A DNA stretch of 64,000 bases, from assembly GCA_027007615.1 (NCBI GenBank), contig JALTFB010000031.1, positions 314 to 64,313 of the forward strand, read 5' to 3'. The notes under the pieces were generated by a model. It was not told where the DNA came from, made no database searches, and was given only the letters and a program-made list of their open reading frames with translations. This DNA comes from Candidatus Shapirobacteria bacterium (GTDB lineage: Bacteria > Patescibacteriota > Microgenomatia > UBA12405 > UBA6130). Below are positions 40,995 to 50,428 of this stretch, in pieces (positions within the stretch are counted from its first letter, which is position 1; the number at the start of each line of letters is the position of its first letter). The position numbers were made by a program, and so were the translations under genes.

Positions 40995-41975
40995 TCATTT
41001 CAAATAGCGTTGGATGTTGGCCTGGTGGTTTTTCAACGTCTTGGCGAAATGAAGATGGCCCGATCCGTCGGAAACATAATACCAATTATCGGTTTTAGGC
41101 GCTTGGATAACAGCTTTAATCGCCGCCAACGAAGGATTGCAAATCGGCCCCGGAGGAAGCCCTCGGTGAAGATAGGTATTATAAGGAGAGGCCATTTTTA
41201 AATCTTGGCGGCCCACTTTTGGCCACCAGTTACATTTCAACCGCTCCCGGCAATCCGCGTTAGCTTTAGCATATTGGACCGTGGCATCCACCTGAAGCGG
41301 CCAGCCCGCCCGCCAGCGATTAAGTAAAACCGCCGCCACCAACGGCCTATCAACCGCAAATTTTGCTTCCCTTTCCACTAAAGAAGCTAAAATTAAAGTC
41401 TGGCGCTGTTTTAATTTCTCACCGCTTGTTCCCACCCAAAGGTCCGCCGTTTTCTGGCGAAAAGTTCTTGTTAACAAACCAGCCACTTGCCGTTCGTTAA
41501 AATAGGGGGGAACCAAGTAACTGTCGGGGAAAAGCATGCCTTCGCTATTTTCCGTTAATGCCATAAAGCGAAAGCCATTCAAATGAAAATCCTTTACCAG
41601 CAAGTCGGCAATCTGCTCCCGCCGCCAGCCTTCTTTCACCCGCAGCCAAATATCCAACCGCCCCCGCGTTAGCGTCCGCGCTACTTCCGCCGCCGCCATT
41701 TTGGGAGTCAAAATGAATTTGCCGGCTTGCAATTGGCCTTGAAGCCCCAAAAGATGGACCAAAATTTGAAAACTTACTTTTGAATGAACCAGTTTTTTAT
41801 CTTCCAACTGTTGGCTTATAGCTGCCAATGGCATCCCCGGGGAAATAATCACCGCCGTTGCCGTATCAGCCGAGCTAACTGGTTGCCAGCTCCACCATAA
41901 CCAGCCGCCGATAGCAATAACAACCAAAAAAACCGCCGCTAAAACACTCCGGAAATAAACCCAAATTTTTGCCAT
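40995..41975 (-). CDS. mltG: Endolytic transglycosylase MltG
   Basis: EGMLFPDSY, LASLVERE, LQVDATVQYA, SPYNTY..GLPPGPICNP. Confidence 0.95.
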   Translation of the reverse strand: MAKIWVYFRSVLAAVFLVVIAIGGWLWWSWQPVSSADTATAVIISPGMPLAAISQQLEDKKLVHSKVSFQILVHLLGLQGQLQAGKFILTPKMAAAEVARTLTRGRLDIWLRVKEGWRREQIADLLVKDFHLNGFRFMALTENSEGMLFPDSYLVPPYFNERQVAGLLTRTFRQKTADLWVGTSGEKLKQRQTLILASLVEREAKFAVDRPLVAAVLLNRWRAGWPLQVDATVQYAKANADCRERLKCNWWPKVGRQDLKMASPYNTYLHRGLPPGPICNPSLAAIKAVIQAPKTDNWYYVSDGSGHLHFAKTLKNHQANIQRYLK

Positions 41976-41977
41976 GC

Positions 41978-42178
41978 CTATATTTCCTCAAATAATGCCC
42001 GGCGATACTTTTTTGTTTTAGTGTTATAAATATAAATCCGGCCACATTTGCAGGTTACTTTTTCCGCCTCGTCGCTAAGTTTTTCATGCTTAGCCTTAGA
42101 AAGCGGTGTTCCGCAGCCGACACACCGCCCCTGAGAGAGCAACCAAGCCTGAATTGGAGAAATAATATTTTTAAACAT
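41978..42178 (-). CDS. Small Cys-rich (zinc-ribbon-like) hypothetical protein
   Basis: GRCVGCG...VTCKCGRIY. Tightly packed between ruvX and mltG. Confidence 0.75.
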   Translation of the reverse strand: MFKNIISPIQAWLLSQGRCVGCGTPLSKAKHEKLSDEAEKVTCKCGRIYIYNTKTKKYRRALFEEI

Positions 42179-42179
42179 T

Positions 42180-42554
42180 TCACCCCCCTTCGGCTAAAAA
42201 GTATTCTAAAATTAAAGCGGCGGCAATATCGTCATCGCGGCGGCGCCATTTCCCTCCCAAAATATCCCGTGCATCTCGACTTGTAAGCGTCTCGTCAATA
42301 AACCTCACGGGTAATTTTACCATTTTACCAATTTTTCTCGCAAGCAACTCTGTTTCTTTCCTGATTGCCCCCCCAGAAAGGCCCCAAACTAAGTATTCCG
42401 GCTGATAGCGGCGGCAAAGTTTTGTTATTTGCTTCTCAGCGTCTACGGGATTTTGGTAATGAATAACCATTAAAGGGCTGACCACTCCCCGAACCGCCAA
42501 AGCAACTCCTAAATGGCGGCGGCCATAGTCAAAGCCTAATAAAGTCGTGTTCAT
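42180..42554 (-). CDS. ruvX: RuvX/YqgF family nuclease
   Basis: LGFDYGRRHLGVA, IDETLTS, DDIAAALILE. Confidence 0.9.
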   Translation of the reverse strand: MNTTLLGFDYGRRHLGVALAVRGVVSPLMVIHYQNPVDAEKQITKLCRRYQPEYLVWGLSGGAIRKETELLARKIGKMVKLPVRFIDETLTSRDARDILGGKWRRRDDDIAAALILEYFLAEGG

Positions 42555-43249
42555 TGCTGCAAACGGGCTCTAACTATTAAGCGCCGCAATAAAGTTCCCG
42601 GGGGACTGCAAGTTATCAGCGTGAGGCTTTTCTCGCTGAAATCTTGACGCAAAGGTTGTAAATTATGCGGAGAAACCTCGTATAAATTATTTACTTGGTA
42701 TGTATAGCGCTTGTCTCCATAATCCACAATAATTCGGTCACCCTCCCGCAAACGGTAAAGCGGCGAAAAAATTGTCAGATAATTGCTGGGGTTAAAAAAT
42801 TGCGGCAACACCGAATGGCCAATAACCACCGTGTTCCCTGGTTGGCCGGGCAAAGCCGTTCCCGGATACTGAACCAAATTTTTATCTAAACTTCGCGCGC
42901 CAACTATAACGTTAGCTTGGTAAATCTTCAATTTAGGAATAGTTAAGAAATAGGAGGCTCCTTCATTTGTCGCCGCTTGCGATAATTTTGCGTCTCGGGC
43001 AAACCAATTTTCCAAGTGGACCAATTTGTCTGTGCCTGATGGGGCCGAAAGCATTTCTCCCCCAGAAGCCAAAGGGCTGGCTACCGGCGCCAATTGAGCC
43101 CCATAGTAAAATTGATAAGTGATTAGAGGAATAGCTAGCCATAATAAAAGAAGAATTCCCAAGCCCAAAAAACCTCCCGCTAAAAATCGGCGCGCCGCCA
43201 ACTGGCGCCTTGACCTTAGCTTTGCTTTACGATATGCATACAGTGCCAT
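42551..43249 (-). CDS. Sortase
   Basis: N-terminal TM, LTIPKLKI, GNTVVIGHS, LTLITCSPPG...RRL (H-C-R triad). Confidence 0.9.
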   Translation of the reverse strand: MALYAYRKAKLRSRRQLAARRFLAGGFLGLGILLLLWLAIPLITYQFYYGAQLAPVASPLASGGEMLSAPSGTDKLVHLENWFARDAKLSQAATNEGASYFLTIPKLKIYQANVIVGARSLDKNLVQYPGTALPGQPGNTVVIGHSVLPQFFNPSNYLTIFSPLYRLREGDRIIVDYGDKRYTYQVNNLYEVSPHNLQPLRQDFSEKSLTLITCSPPGTLLRRLIVRARLQQ

Positions 43250-45402
43250 TACTCGCCTCGGATTTTAACCGTTATGTTTTTATCTAACCACGGTAACCAG
43301 GGCCAAAAATCAAGGATTTTCCATTGATTATGAATTTCCACCCGCGCGACTCGGGGATAATGGTGAATAATCTTCTGGGCTTTAGCTTTAGTTGCCCCCT
43401 TCAGGCGCTGCCGTAATTGCGATAAATCAAAGCGCGGATAAGCCATCGCCTTAATGGCTATCTGCAATTTTCCCGCACTTCCCGATCCCGATAAAGATTG
43501 CACTTTTACCTGTAGGCTTTTCTCGTCCAGTTCGCTCTTGTTTGTCAAACGTTTTTGGATTAACCGCAAAGCTAAATTGCGCAAATCATCACGGCGTACC
43601 GCCTGAGCGTTAATTTGCATTTTAAGCCCGCCCGCCAGGCTATCAGCTTCTTCTCCCAAATGGCGTTGGGGGGTAAAGTCAACAACTTTGCTGTCCAGCT
43701 TGGGGCTAACTATCTCTAGGTCTGCGCCCGCCTTAGCTGACATTGCCTCGCCTGCTTTAGCCAGAATTTTCTCCGTCAATTGTTTTTTCAGCGCCGACAG
43801 ATCCTCTTTGGAAACCGCTTTAACCTTACGGTTGCTCCCCCCCGAGAAATCGTCTTTAGCCCGAGCCAGGCATTCATCCTGAGTATAATTGTCCACTCTA
43901 AAAAGAGTCCCCTTCGGCAAATTATATTCCGATCCAAATTTAGCGGCGATTACGCTGGATTCTGTTTTTCCCAATCGATCGATACCGCTGTTTAAATCAG
44001 CCGTTTTCGATGCTATCCGCACCGATTCCCGCAAAGAAAACGTAAGCCCGCTTTTAGCCTCTAGCTTTGTTCCCGACGCTAAAAGAAGCGGCCGGCTGGT
44101 TCTATTAAAAATAACCACTGTCCCCAAAGCTTTCTCTCCAACCGTAGTGGTCCCGGTGACGGCAACTTTGCCTTTCTCACTCAACTCAATGCTTAGTGGC
44201 TGGAAGCTGACATCACCTTTGCCTACTCGCGTCTTCAACTCTAATTGCTGGGGAGTAATAAAAACAATTACCTGCCTTGCCAACCAGAAGGAGTTTATCG
44301 CCGCCAATGATAACAATAGCCCTGCCGCTAAGCCAAAAGGCAATATTAACCCTAATCGTTTTGTAACCAAAAAGCCATTTATTATAGATGCCCGTAAATT
44401 CGGCCACCGAAAACGAAATGGCAGCGCCTTTAATTTCAATAATTTTTTATGCTTCTTTTCTAAAGGCTCTTTCGGCGGCGGCGGGGCGCTCGGCAATGCG
44501 CCGCTAATTTCTTCACTTGCCAACGGCAATGTCGTTTCTTTCGGCGGCGGCAAAGCTTCATCCAAAGATAAATCTTGTTCCGCAAAGCCGGCCGGCAGGC
44601 TTATTCTTTCCGTTTTCCCTTCTTCTTCCTCATCTGAACTTAACCCCATTGCTTTCTCTCCCTCTTCTCCTTGTTCTTGGAAACGTTCCTCTATTAAGCT
44701 GCTAAAAATAGCAAAAAATTGTTGCCAGCTCATAAAATTAAACTGGGGTATTTGTAAAAACAGGCTGTCGCGGCGGCCTGTCCAGGAATATTTTTCACAT
44801 TCTGCCTGTAAAACGGCAAATTCTTCTTGATTGCGGCCCCAAAAAATAAAATTAGGAGGGAACATGCCCGGATAGTCCAATTGTCCCAAAGCTTTTTCCA
44901 ATTGCTCAGGTAATTGGCGGTCCGCGCTTATTTCCAGCCTCAACCGGCTTTTAATCTTCCCCAAGTGAACCAACGAAACTTCGCTGGGGTTATCAAGGGC
45001 AACGCTGATAAAGCTTGGGGACTGGCCACGCTCGCGTTGAAAATGATGAATAAGGGCTTCATCCGCCAATAAAAAACCGAGCGGGTGCAAATGCAGCTGG
45101 CTGGCCAATTGAGACAAGATAGCTTTCTTGCCTTCCAAGAGGCTCCCGTCAGCCTTAACCCAAAAGGGAGAAATCAAAAAAATTGTTTCCGCCGGGCGCA
45201 AACCGGCTAATTCCTCTCCCGCTTTCTGCCAAATCTGGCGGCTGGCAGACAAAATTTCTTCCGTTTGCAAAGAAGCAAGGCTCTGCCGCCAGAAATTTAA
45301 TAATTTAATTTCCTGCTGGCGCCGATAAAGAGCTAACGCCAACTGCTGATGGCCTAAATAAAATAATAATATGCCGGATTTTTGATTGTTATCTCTGGTC
45401 AT
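43249..45402 (-). CDS. Large single-pass membrane protein with a baseplate-J/gp47-like C-terminal region
   Basis: About 250-aa N-terminal domain, acidic/Pro linker, TM, then GEKALGTVVIFN...LASGTKL...AKFGSEYNL...FSGGS...VSKEDL. Start MTRDNNQ, coupled to alaS. Confidence 0.6.
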   Translation of the reverse strand: MTRDNNQKSGILLFYLGHQQLALALYRRQQEIKLLNFWRQSLASLQTEEILSASRQIWQKAGEELAGLRPAETIFLISPFWVKADGSLLEGKKAILSQLASQLHLHPLGFLLADEALIHHFQRERGQSPSFISVALDNPSEVSLVHLGKIKSRLRLEISADRQLPEQLEKALGQLDYPGMFPPNFIFWGRNQEEFAVLQAECEKYSWTGRRDSLFLQIPQFNFMSWQQFFAIFSSLIEERFQEQGEEGEKAMGLSSDEEEEGKTERISLPAGFAEQDLSLDEALPPPKETTLPLASEEISGALPSAPPPPKEPLEKKHKKLLKLKALPFRFRWPNLRASIINGFLVTKRLGLILPFGLAAGLLLSLAAINSFWLARQVIVFITPQQLELKTRVGKGDVSFQPLSIELSEKGKVAVTGTTTVGEKALGTVVIFNRTSRPLLLASGTKLEAKSGLTFSLRESVRIASKTADLNSGIDRLGKTESSVIAAKFGSEYNLPKGTLFRVDNYTQDECLARAKDDFSGGSNRKVKAVSKEDLSALKKQLTEKILAKAGEAMSAKAGADLEIVSPKLDSKVVDFTPQRHLGEEADSLAGGLKMQINAQAVRRDDLRNLALRLIQKRLTNKSELDEKSLQVKVQSLSGSGSAGKLQIAIKAMAYPRFDLSQLRQRLKGATKAKAQKIIHHYPRVARVEIHNQWKILDFWPWLPWLDKNITVKIRGE

Positions 45403-45403
45403 C

Positions 45404-47200
45404 TTACTTTTCAAAGCGGGCATAAATCCGCCGGCAGCCCGCGCCGCAGCTTTCCTGTTTAACAATAACTAAACGGCCCAACTTTACCAATTCAGTCGTA
45501 TTTTTCACATGCGGTCCCCGGCAAACTTCCAGGGAAAAATCGCCAATTTTGTAAACCGATACTTTTTCAGGGTAGCGGTCGCGGAAAAATGCCAAGGCGC
45601 CCATTTTCCGGCTTTCATTGAAAGGCATTACCAAGCGCTCCACATTATGTCCAGCCTCAATCTGCTGGTTAACCAACTCTTCTGCCTTCTTTATCTCCAA
45701 TGCTGTTAGCGGCCGCGGGTGGGCAAAATCAAAACGGAGCCGCTCCGGAGTGATATTGCTGCCCATTTGATGGACATGGGAGCCCAAGATTTGCCGCAAT
45801 GCCGCTTGCAAAAGATGAGTTGCCGTATGGTAAGCAATTGACCGGCTATCATTATCGGCAAGGCCGCTTTTAAAACGCCCTTTAGCCGCCCGGCGGGAAA
45901 TTTGCTGATGCTTTCCTTTTTCTTCCTCAAACTCTTTTTCATCTATTTTTAAATGGGATTTTCCCAGTTCTTCGGCAATAAGCTCCAGGGGGAAACCAAA
46001 CGTTTCATAAAGGAAAAAGGCTTCTTTGCCGGACATCATTGTCTTTTTGGCGTCTATCAATTTTTGGGCTGCTTTTTCTAGTTCCCGTAAACCCCGCTGC
46101 AGAGTACGCCGGAAACGCTGCTCTTCATCCTCCAAAACCGAAAGGATTACCTCCAAGTTGTCTAATTCCGGATACTCGCCGGCATAATTATCACGATTGG
46201 CAATTACCGCCGCGCCAACCTGGCGGCTAAAGCCAACCGACAAACCTAAAGATTCGCCTTGGCGCACGCTACGGCGAATTAAACGCCGCAGGACATAACT
46301 TTGTTCTTTATTTCCGGGAACAATTCCATCGGCAATAATGAAAACCGCCGCCCGCAAATGGTCGGCAATAATGCGCATCGGCCGCCGCCAATCGCCCTTA
46401 TAAGGCTTTTGCGCTAACTCGCTAATAGTTTTAATAATTGGTTGCCAAATCGGCGTTAAATAATCATCTTCCAAGCCCAAAAGCAAACGTACCGTTCTCT
46501 CTACTCCCATGCCGGTATCCACATTTTTTTGTTTTAAGGGATAAAACTTTCCATCAGCCCGTTTTTCAAATTCCATAAAAACGTTATTCCAGATTTCAAT
46601 ATACTTGCCGCAACCGCAGCCGGGGCGGCAACCCGGCGAGCATTTGGCTTTACCGGTATCAATGAACATTTCGCTATCCGGCCCGCAGGGACCCGTTTGG
46701 CTAACCGGACCCCACCAATTATCTTTGCGCGGCAAGAAAAAAATCCGTTCTTCGGGAATGCCTAACTGGCGCCAGACTTTAGCCGACGCCGTGTCGCGAG
46801 GCACGCTTTTATCACCGGCAAAACAAGTCACCGCTATCTTTTTTGCAGAAAATTGAAGAACTTTAGTAAGAAATTCATAGCTCCAACCAATGGCCTTTTC
46901 TTTAAAATAATCGCCCAGCGACCAATTGCCCAGCATTTCAAACCAGGTGTGGTGAAAACTATCTCCCACCAGCTCAATATCTTGAGTGCGAACACATTCC
47001 TGGACGCTAGCTAGGCGTTTGCCCAAAGGATGGGGTTCGCCCATTAAATAAGGCACCAGCGGATGCATTCCGGCAGAAATAAAAAGCGCCGAAGCATCAC
47101 CCTCCGGCACTAAAGAAACCGAAGGAATTATCCGATGCCCTCTTTTTTTAAAAAAATCAAAGTAGGCATCCCGTAACCAACGGGCGGTCTTTTTCTTCAT
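45404..47200 (-). CDS. alaS: Alanine--tRNA ligase, compact form without C-Ala
   Basis: LFISAGMHPL, HHTWFEMLGNWSLGDYFK, GPCGPDSE, DTGMGVER, editing HTATHLL...CRGPHV. Confidence 0.96.
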   Translation of the reverse strand: MKKKTARWLRDAYFDFFKKRGHRIIPSVSLVPEGDASALFISAGMHPLVPYLMGEPHPLGKRLASVQECVRTQDIELVGDSFHHTWFEMLGNWSLGDYFKEKAIGWSYEFLTKVLQFSAKKIAVTCFAGDKSVPRDTASAKVWRQLGIPEERIFFLPRKDNWWGPVSQTGPCGPDSEMFIDTGKAKCSPGCRPGCGCGKYIEIWNNVFMEFEKRADGKFYPLKQKNVDTGMGVERTVRLLLGLEDDYLTPIWQPIIKTISELAQKPYKGDWRRPMRIIADHLRAAVFIIADGIVPGNKEQSYVLRRLIRRSVRQGESLGLSVGFSRQVGAAVIANRDNYAGEYPELDNLEVILSVLEDEEQRFRRTLQRGLRELEKAAQKLIDAKKTMMSGKEAFFLYETFGFPLELIAEELGKSHLKIDEKEFEEEKGKHQQISRRAAKGRFKSGLADNDSRSIAYHTATHLLQAALRQILGSHVHQMGSNITPERLRFDFAHPRPLTALEIKKAEELVNQQIEAGHNVERLVMPFNESRKMGALAFFRDRYPEKVSVYKIGDFSLEVCRGPHVKNTTELVKLGRLVIVKQESCGAGCRRIYARFEK

Positions 47201-47254
47201 TTATCAATTATAACCAACACCACCGTGTTTTACCAAGAATCAGACCGATTAGCC

Positions 47255-47638
47255 CTATTTCTTCTTGAGGAAAAAGTGCCGGGGAAATTTTTTGCTGGCC
47301 GGCAGGGCCTTAGTCACCGCCAAAAAAGGCTTCGGCTTTTCCTTAATCTTTTTTTTCTTCTCGCTCGTCAGCCATTTTTCTCCCCATTGCGCCAGCTGAC
47401 GCACCACCGATAAAATTCGGGCCGAACTTTTCAATTCCTGGATTAATCCCGGAAGGCCGGTCACGCTTCCCTCAATCGCCGCCAAGCTTCTATCGGCGCG
47501 TTGGCTGATTTTTTCCCACTGGCGCAGCAAGCGCTGCAAATCACGGAAAACCAGCATCAGCCAGACACCGGCCGCCACAAAAACAGTTGTCAAAAGAAAA
47601 ATACTGGCGATGAGTAAAAATTGCATCAAGCTCCCCAT
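47255..47638 (-). CDS. Hypothetical membrane protein (TM + coiled coil)
   Basis: N-terminal hydrophobic helix. Abuts the upstream gene. Confidence 0.6.
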   Translation of the reverse strand: MGSLMQFLLIASIFLLTTVFVAAGVWLMLVFRDLQRLLRQWEKISQRADRSLAAIEGSVTGLPGLIQELKSSARILSVVRQLAQWGEKWLTSEKKKKIKEKPKPFLAVTKALPASKKFPRHFFLKKK

Positions 47639-48277
47639 TTACTTTATTGTATCAACTTGCGGCTGAAAAACAATCTCTTTCTTTAACACCATTTTTTTTC
47701 CGCTTGGAGAGACAGCTTCGAAATAAAGCCAATTTTCTCCCTTCATGAGGATAACCTTTCTTTTAAAATTACCGTCCTCATCCAGAAGCAATAACCTGTT
47801 ATTCAGTTTTAGAGTTATCGCCCTATGGGCCTGTCCCTTAACCATTATGAAAGGGCTGTGAACCTTTTTGGGCAGAGGCAGCAATGTCAGATCCGGCGGG
47901 CGTTGGAAAAGATAATATTCCAGGCCTAAATAGCCAATTATCAATAAGATAAAGGCCGTTATAGAAACAAATTGCCAGTTGGTAAAAAGTCTACGAATAA
48001 GGCAATTTTTTCGGGGGGGCAGAAAAGAACGGCTGGCTGCTTTCGCACCCGGATAATCCCGCCGGAATAAAGCCAAAGCATGCTTCTCGTCAATTCCCAG
48101 CCAACGGGCATAATCACGCAAGTAAAGCCGCCTGTATCCCAAGGGAATACGTTGGAAATCGCCTGATTCAATCGCTTGCAAATAACGCTGGGGAATCGTT
48201 AAAGCCGCCGCCGCTTTAAGCAAACTCAAGCGACGCTCATTGCGCCTCCGCCGCAACATCGCCGCCAAAGTTTCCAT
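47639..48277 (-). CDS. RodZ-like HTH membrane protein
   Basis: LRRRR...YLQAIESGDF..IP...YLRDYARWLGID HTH, TM, Ig-like C-terminus. Located after ftsK. Confidence 0.75.
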   Translation of the reverse strand: METLAAMLRRRRNERRLSLLKAAAALTIPQRYLQAIESGDFQRIPLGYRRLYLRDYARWLGIDEKHALALFRRDYPGAKAASRSFLPPRKNCLIRRLFTNWQFVSITAFILLIIGYLGLEYYLFQRPPDLTLLPLPKKVHSPFIMVKGQAHRAITLKLNNRLLLLDEDGNFKRKVILMKGENWLYFEAVSPSGKKMVLKKEIVFQPQVDTIK

Positions 48278-48278
48278 A

Positions 48279-50408
48279 TCAATTCTGCAGCTCGGGCGGC
48301 AATTCCTTTACCAGAACTTCCCGCGGCTTGGTCCCTCTCTTGGGACCCACTATGCCCGCTGCAGCTAGCTCATCAACGATACGCCCCGCCCTGGCAAAAC
48401 CAATATGAAGATGCCGTTGCAGTAATGAAACTGAAGCTTCTCCATTGTTGATAACCAATTTCGCCGCCGCTAAAAATACCTCATCGCGTTCCTGGCCGTT
48501 TACTATTACCCGGCTGGCTGTCATGCCGCCGGTTCTGATTGGCTGGCTTAGCACCCTATGGTTATATTCCGCCTCACCTTGCTGCCGTAAAAAATCTATT
48601 AGTTTTTTCACTTCCCTGTCGGAAATCAACGGCCCTTGAATACGAACCGGTTTTGGCCGTTCAGGGAACAGATAAAGCATGTCGCCTCGCCCCAAAAGCT
48701 TCTCCGCTCCAACCGTATCTAGAATTACTCGGGAATCAACGGCGCTGGAAACGGCAAAAGAAATCCTCGTCGGAATATTAGCTTTTATCACCCCGGTAAT
48801 AACATCAACCGAAGGCCGCTGCGTTGCCAAAACCAAATGAATGCCGGTTGCTCGAGCCATTTGGGCTAAACGATTAACCGAATCTTCTATCTCCGCCGGA
48901 GAAAAACTCATAATATCAGCCAGCTCATCGATAAAAATAACAATATACGGCAGCCGCTGAATGCCGGCCAACTCATTATAGCCGGTAATATTGCGAACTC
49001 CTATTTGGTTAAAAGTCTTATAGCGTTCATCCATCTGGTTTAAGGCCCATTTAAGAGCCGAAAGGACTTCCGCTGATTTATAAATTACCGGCGTCAGAAG
49101 GTGAGGAATACCCTGATAATGGCTCATTTCAACGCGTTTGGGATCGATCAGTATTAGCCGCAATTCATCGGGGCTGGCGCGAAAAAGAAGAGTGGCAATC
49201 CACGACCTTAGCAAAACGCTTTTCCCCGAACCTGTTTGCCCGGCAATTAACACATGAGGCATGCTGCCAATGTCTGCTATCATTGTTTGGCCATTAACAC
49301 TCAATCCCAAAGGGACCGCCAGCTTCGATTTTGATTGCCGCATCAGTTGTGAAGTTAAAATCCGCCCCAAAGGAACAATTTCCGCCCGGCGGTTAGGAAT
49401 CTCTATACCTACCAACGAACGGCCGGGAATAGGAGCTTCGATGCGGACTTGACCCGTTGGCGCCGCCAATGCCAAAGCTAAATCATCGGCCAAAGTGGTA
49501 ATTCTGGAAAGCTTCGTGCCTGAAGCAACCGCTAGGGCATATTGTGTGACCGTAGGCCCTTGGCTTGTCCCTTTTACTCGAGCGGTAATGCCAAAAGAAT
49601 CAAGCGTCTCTTCAATTTTCTTGGCATTGCCGCTAACATTGCCGCGGTCTGCTTGCATTGGCGCCGTTTCTCCCAATAAATCCAGTGGCGGATAATGCCA
49701 AACTTGCTGGCGTTCACCCTGAGTCAGCAGTTTATTTTCCGGCGGGGAAGAGCCTTCCGCCAAAGTTTTCAAAACAGGCGGCGGCCCGGCAGGAACTTCA
49801 TCTAGTTTTGTTTCCGCTTTAGTCTTGTTCTTAATCTCCATTGGCAAGGGAGCCGCCAAAGCTCCTTCGGCCGAGGTTTTATCTTCAATTAACTTAGGCG
49901 CCTTTGCTTTTGGCCGGCGCCAATAACGCCCGACTACGGACAACCCTTGAAGCAAAACGAGCCAAATGCTTTCCAAAGATGTGTCAAAAAGCACTAAAAC
50001 ACCCACCAAAAAACCCAAAACAAATAAAGATCCCGCCCCGAAAGAGGTTAACCAAAAAGCCACTTGTTGCCAAAGCCAATGGCCGAAAATGCCCGCCTGC
50101 AATAAGCCTGCCAAAGCTAACCAGGCAACCGTTACCCCCAAGCTAATATGAAAAGCCGCTAAAATCGTCTGCAAGGGTAAAATTAAAAACCCAAAGCACA
50201 AGCCGATAAAGGGAAGTAAAAAACTAGTCATCCCAAAATATTGAAAAAGGCGGAAATTAAGTCGCTCTAAAAGAAATCCCTTTTGAAAGAAAGAAAGTAT
50301 CACCAAAATGACCGCCAAAAAAACCAGCAACGATAGAACCGACAAGATTGTTTTCTTTTTAATACCGCGGCGGCGGCCTAAGCGCTTCTTTTTTCGTCGT
50401 CTTCCCAT
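48279..50408 (-). CDS. ftsK: DNA translocase FtsK/SpoIIIE
   Basis: N-terminal TMs, RIEAPIPG, PHVLIAGQTGSGKS, LATQRPSVDVITG, gamma domain SLLQRHLHIGFARAGRIVD. Confidence 0.97.
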   Translation of the reverse strand: MGRRRKKKRLGRRRGIKKKTILSVLSLLVFLAVILVILSFFQKGFLLERLNFRLFQYFGMTSFLLPFIGLCFGFLILPLQTILAAFHISLGVTVAWLALAGLLQAGIFGHWLWQQVAFWLTSFGAGSLFVLGFLVGVLVLFDTSLESIWLVLLQGLSVVGRYWRRPKAKAPKLIEDKTSAEGALAAPLPMEIKNKTKAETKLDEVPAGPPPVLKTLAEGSSPPENKLLTQGERQQVWHYPPLDLLGETAPMQADRGNVSGNAKKIEETLDSFGITARVKGTSQGPTVTQYALAVASGTKLSRITTLADDLALALAAPTGQVRIEAPIPGRSLVGIEIPNRRAEIVPLGRILTSQLMRQSKSKLAVPLGLSVNGQTMIADIGSMPHVLIAGQTGSGKSVLLRSWIATLLFRASPDELRLILIDPKRVEMSHYQGIPHLLTPVIYKSAEVLSALKWALNQMDERYKTFNQIGVRNITGYNELAGIQRLPYIVIFIDELADIMSFSPAEIEDSVNRLAQMARATGIHLVLATQRPSVDVITGVIKANIPTRISFAVSSAVDSRVILDTVGAEKLLGRGDMLYLFPERPKPVRIQGPLISDREVKKLIDFLRQQGEAEYNHRVLSQPIRTGGMTASRVIVNGQERDEVFLAAAKLVINNGEASVSLLQRHLHIGFARAGRIVDELAAAGIVGPKRGTKPREVLVKELPPELQN

Positions 50409-50428
50409 ATATTAATCATAGAGAAAAT

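Noticed and set aside
43889-44830. 313-aa plus-strand ORF
   Set aside because: It is fully antisense to the membrane protein, with Ser/Phe-rich mirror composition and no recognisable motif. The same applies to antisense ORFs within dnaK, pnp, fusA, nusA and rpoBC.
43249-45402. Prophage or contractile injection system
   Set aside because: No capsid, terminase, integrase, sheath, tube or spike genes. Flanks are housekeeping genes.
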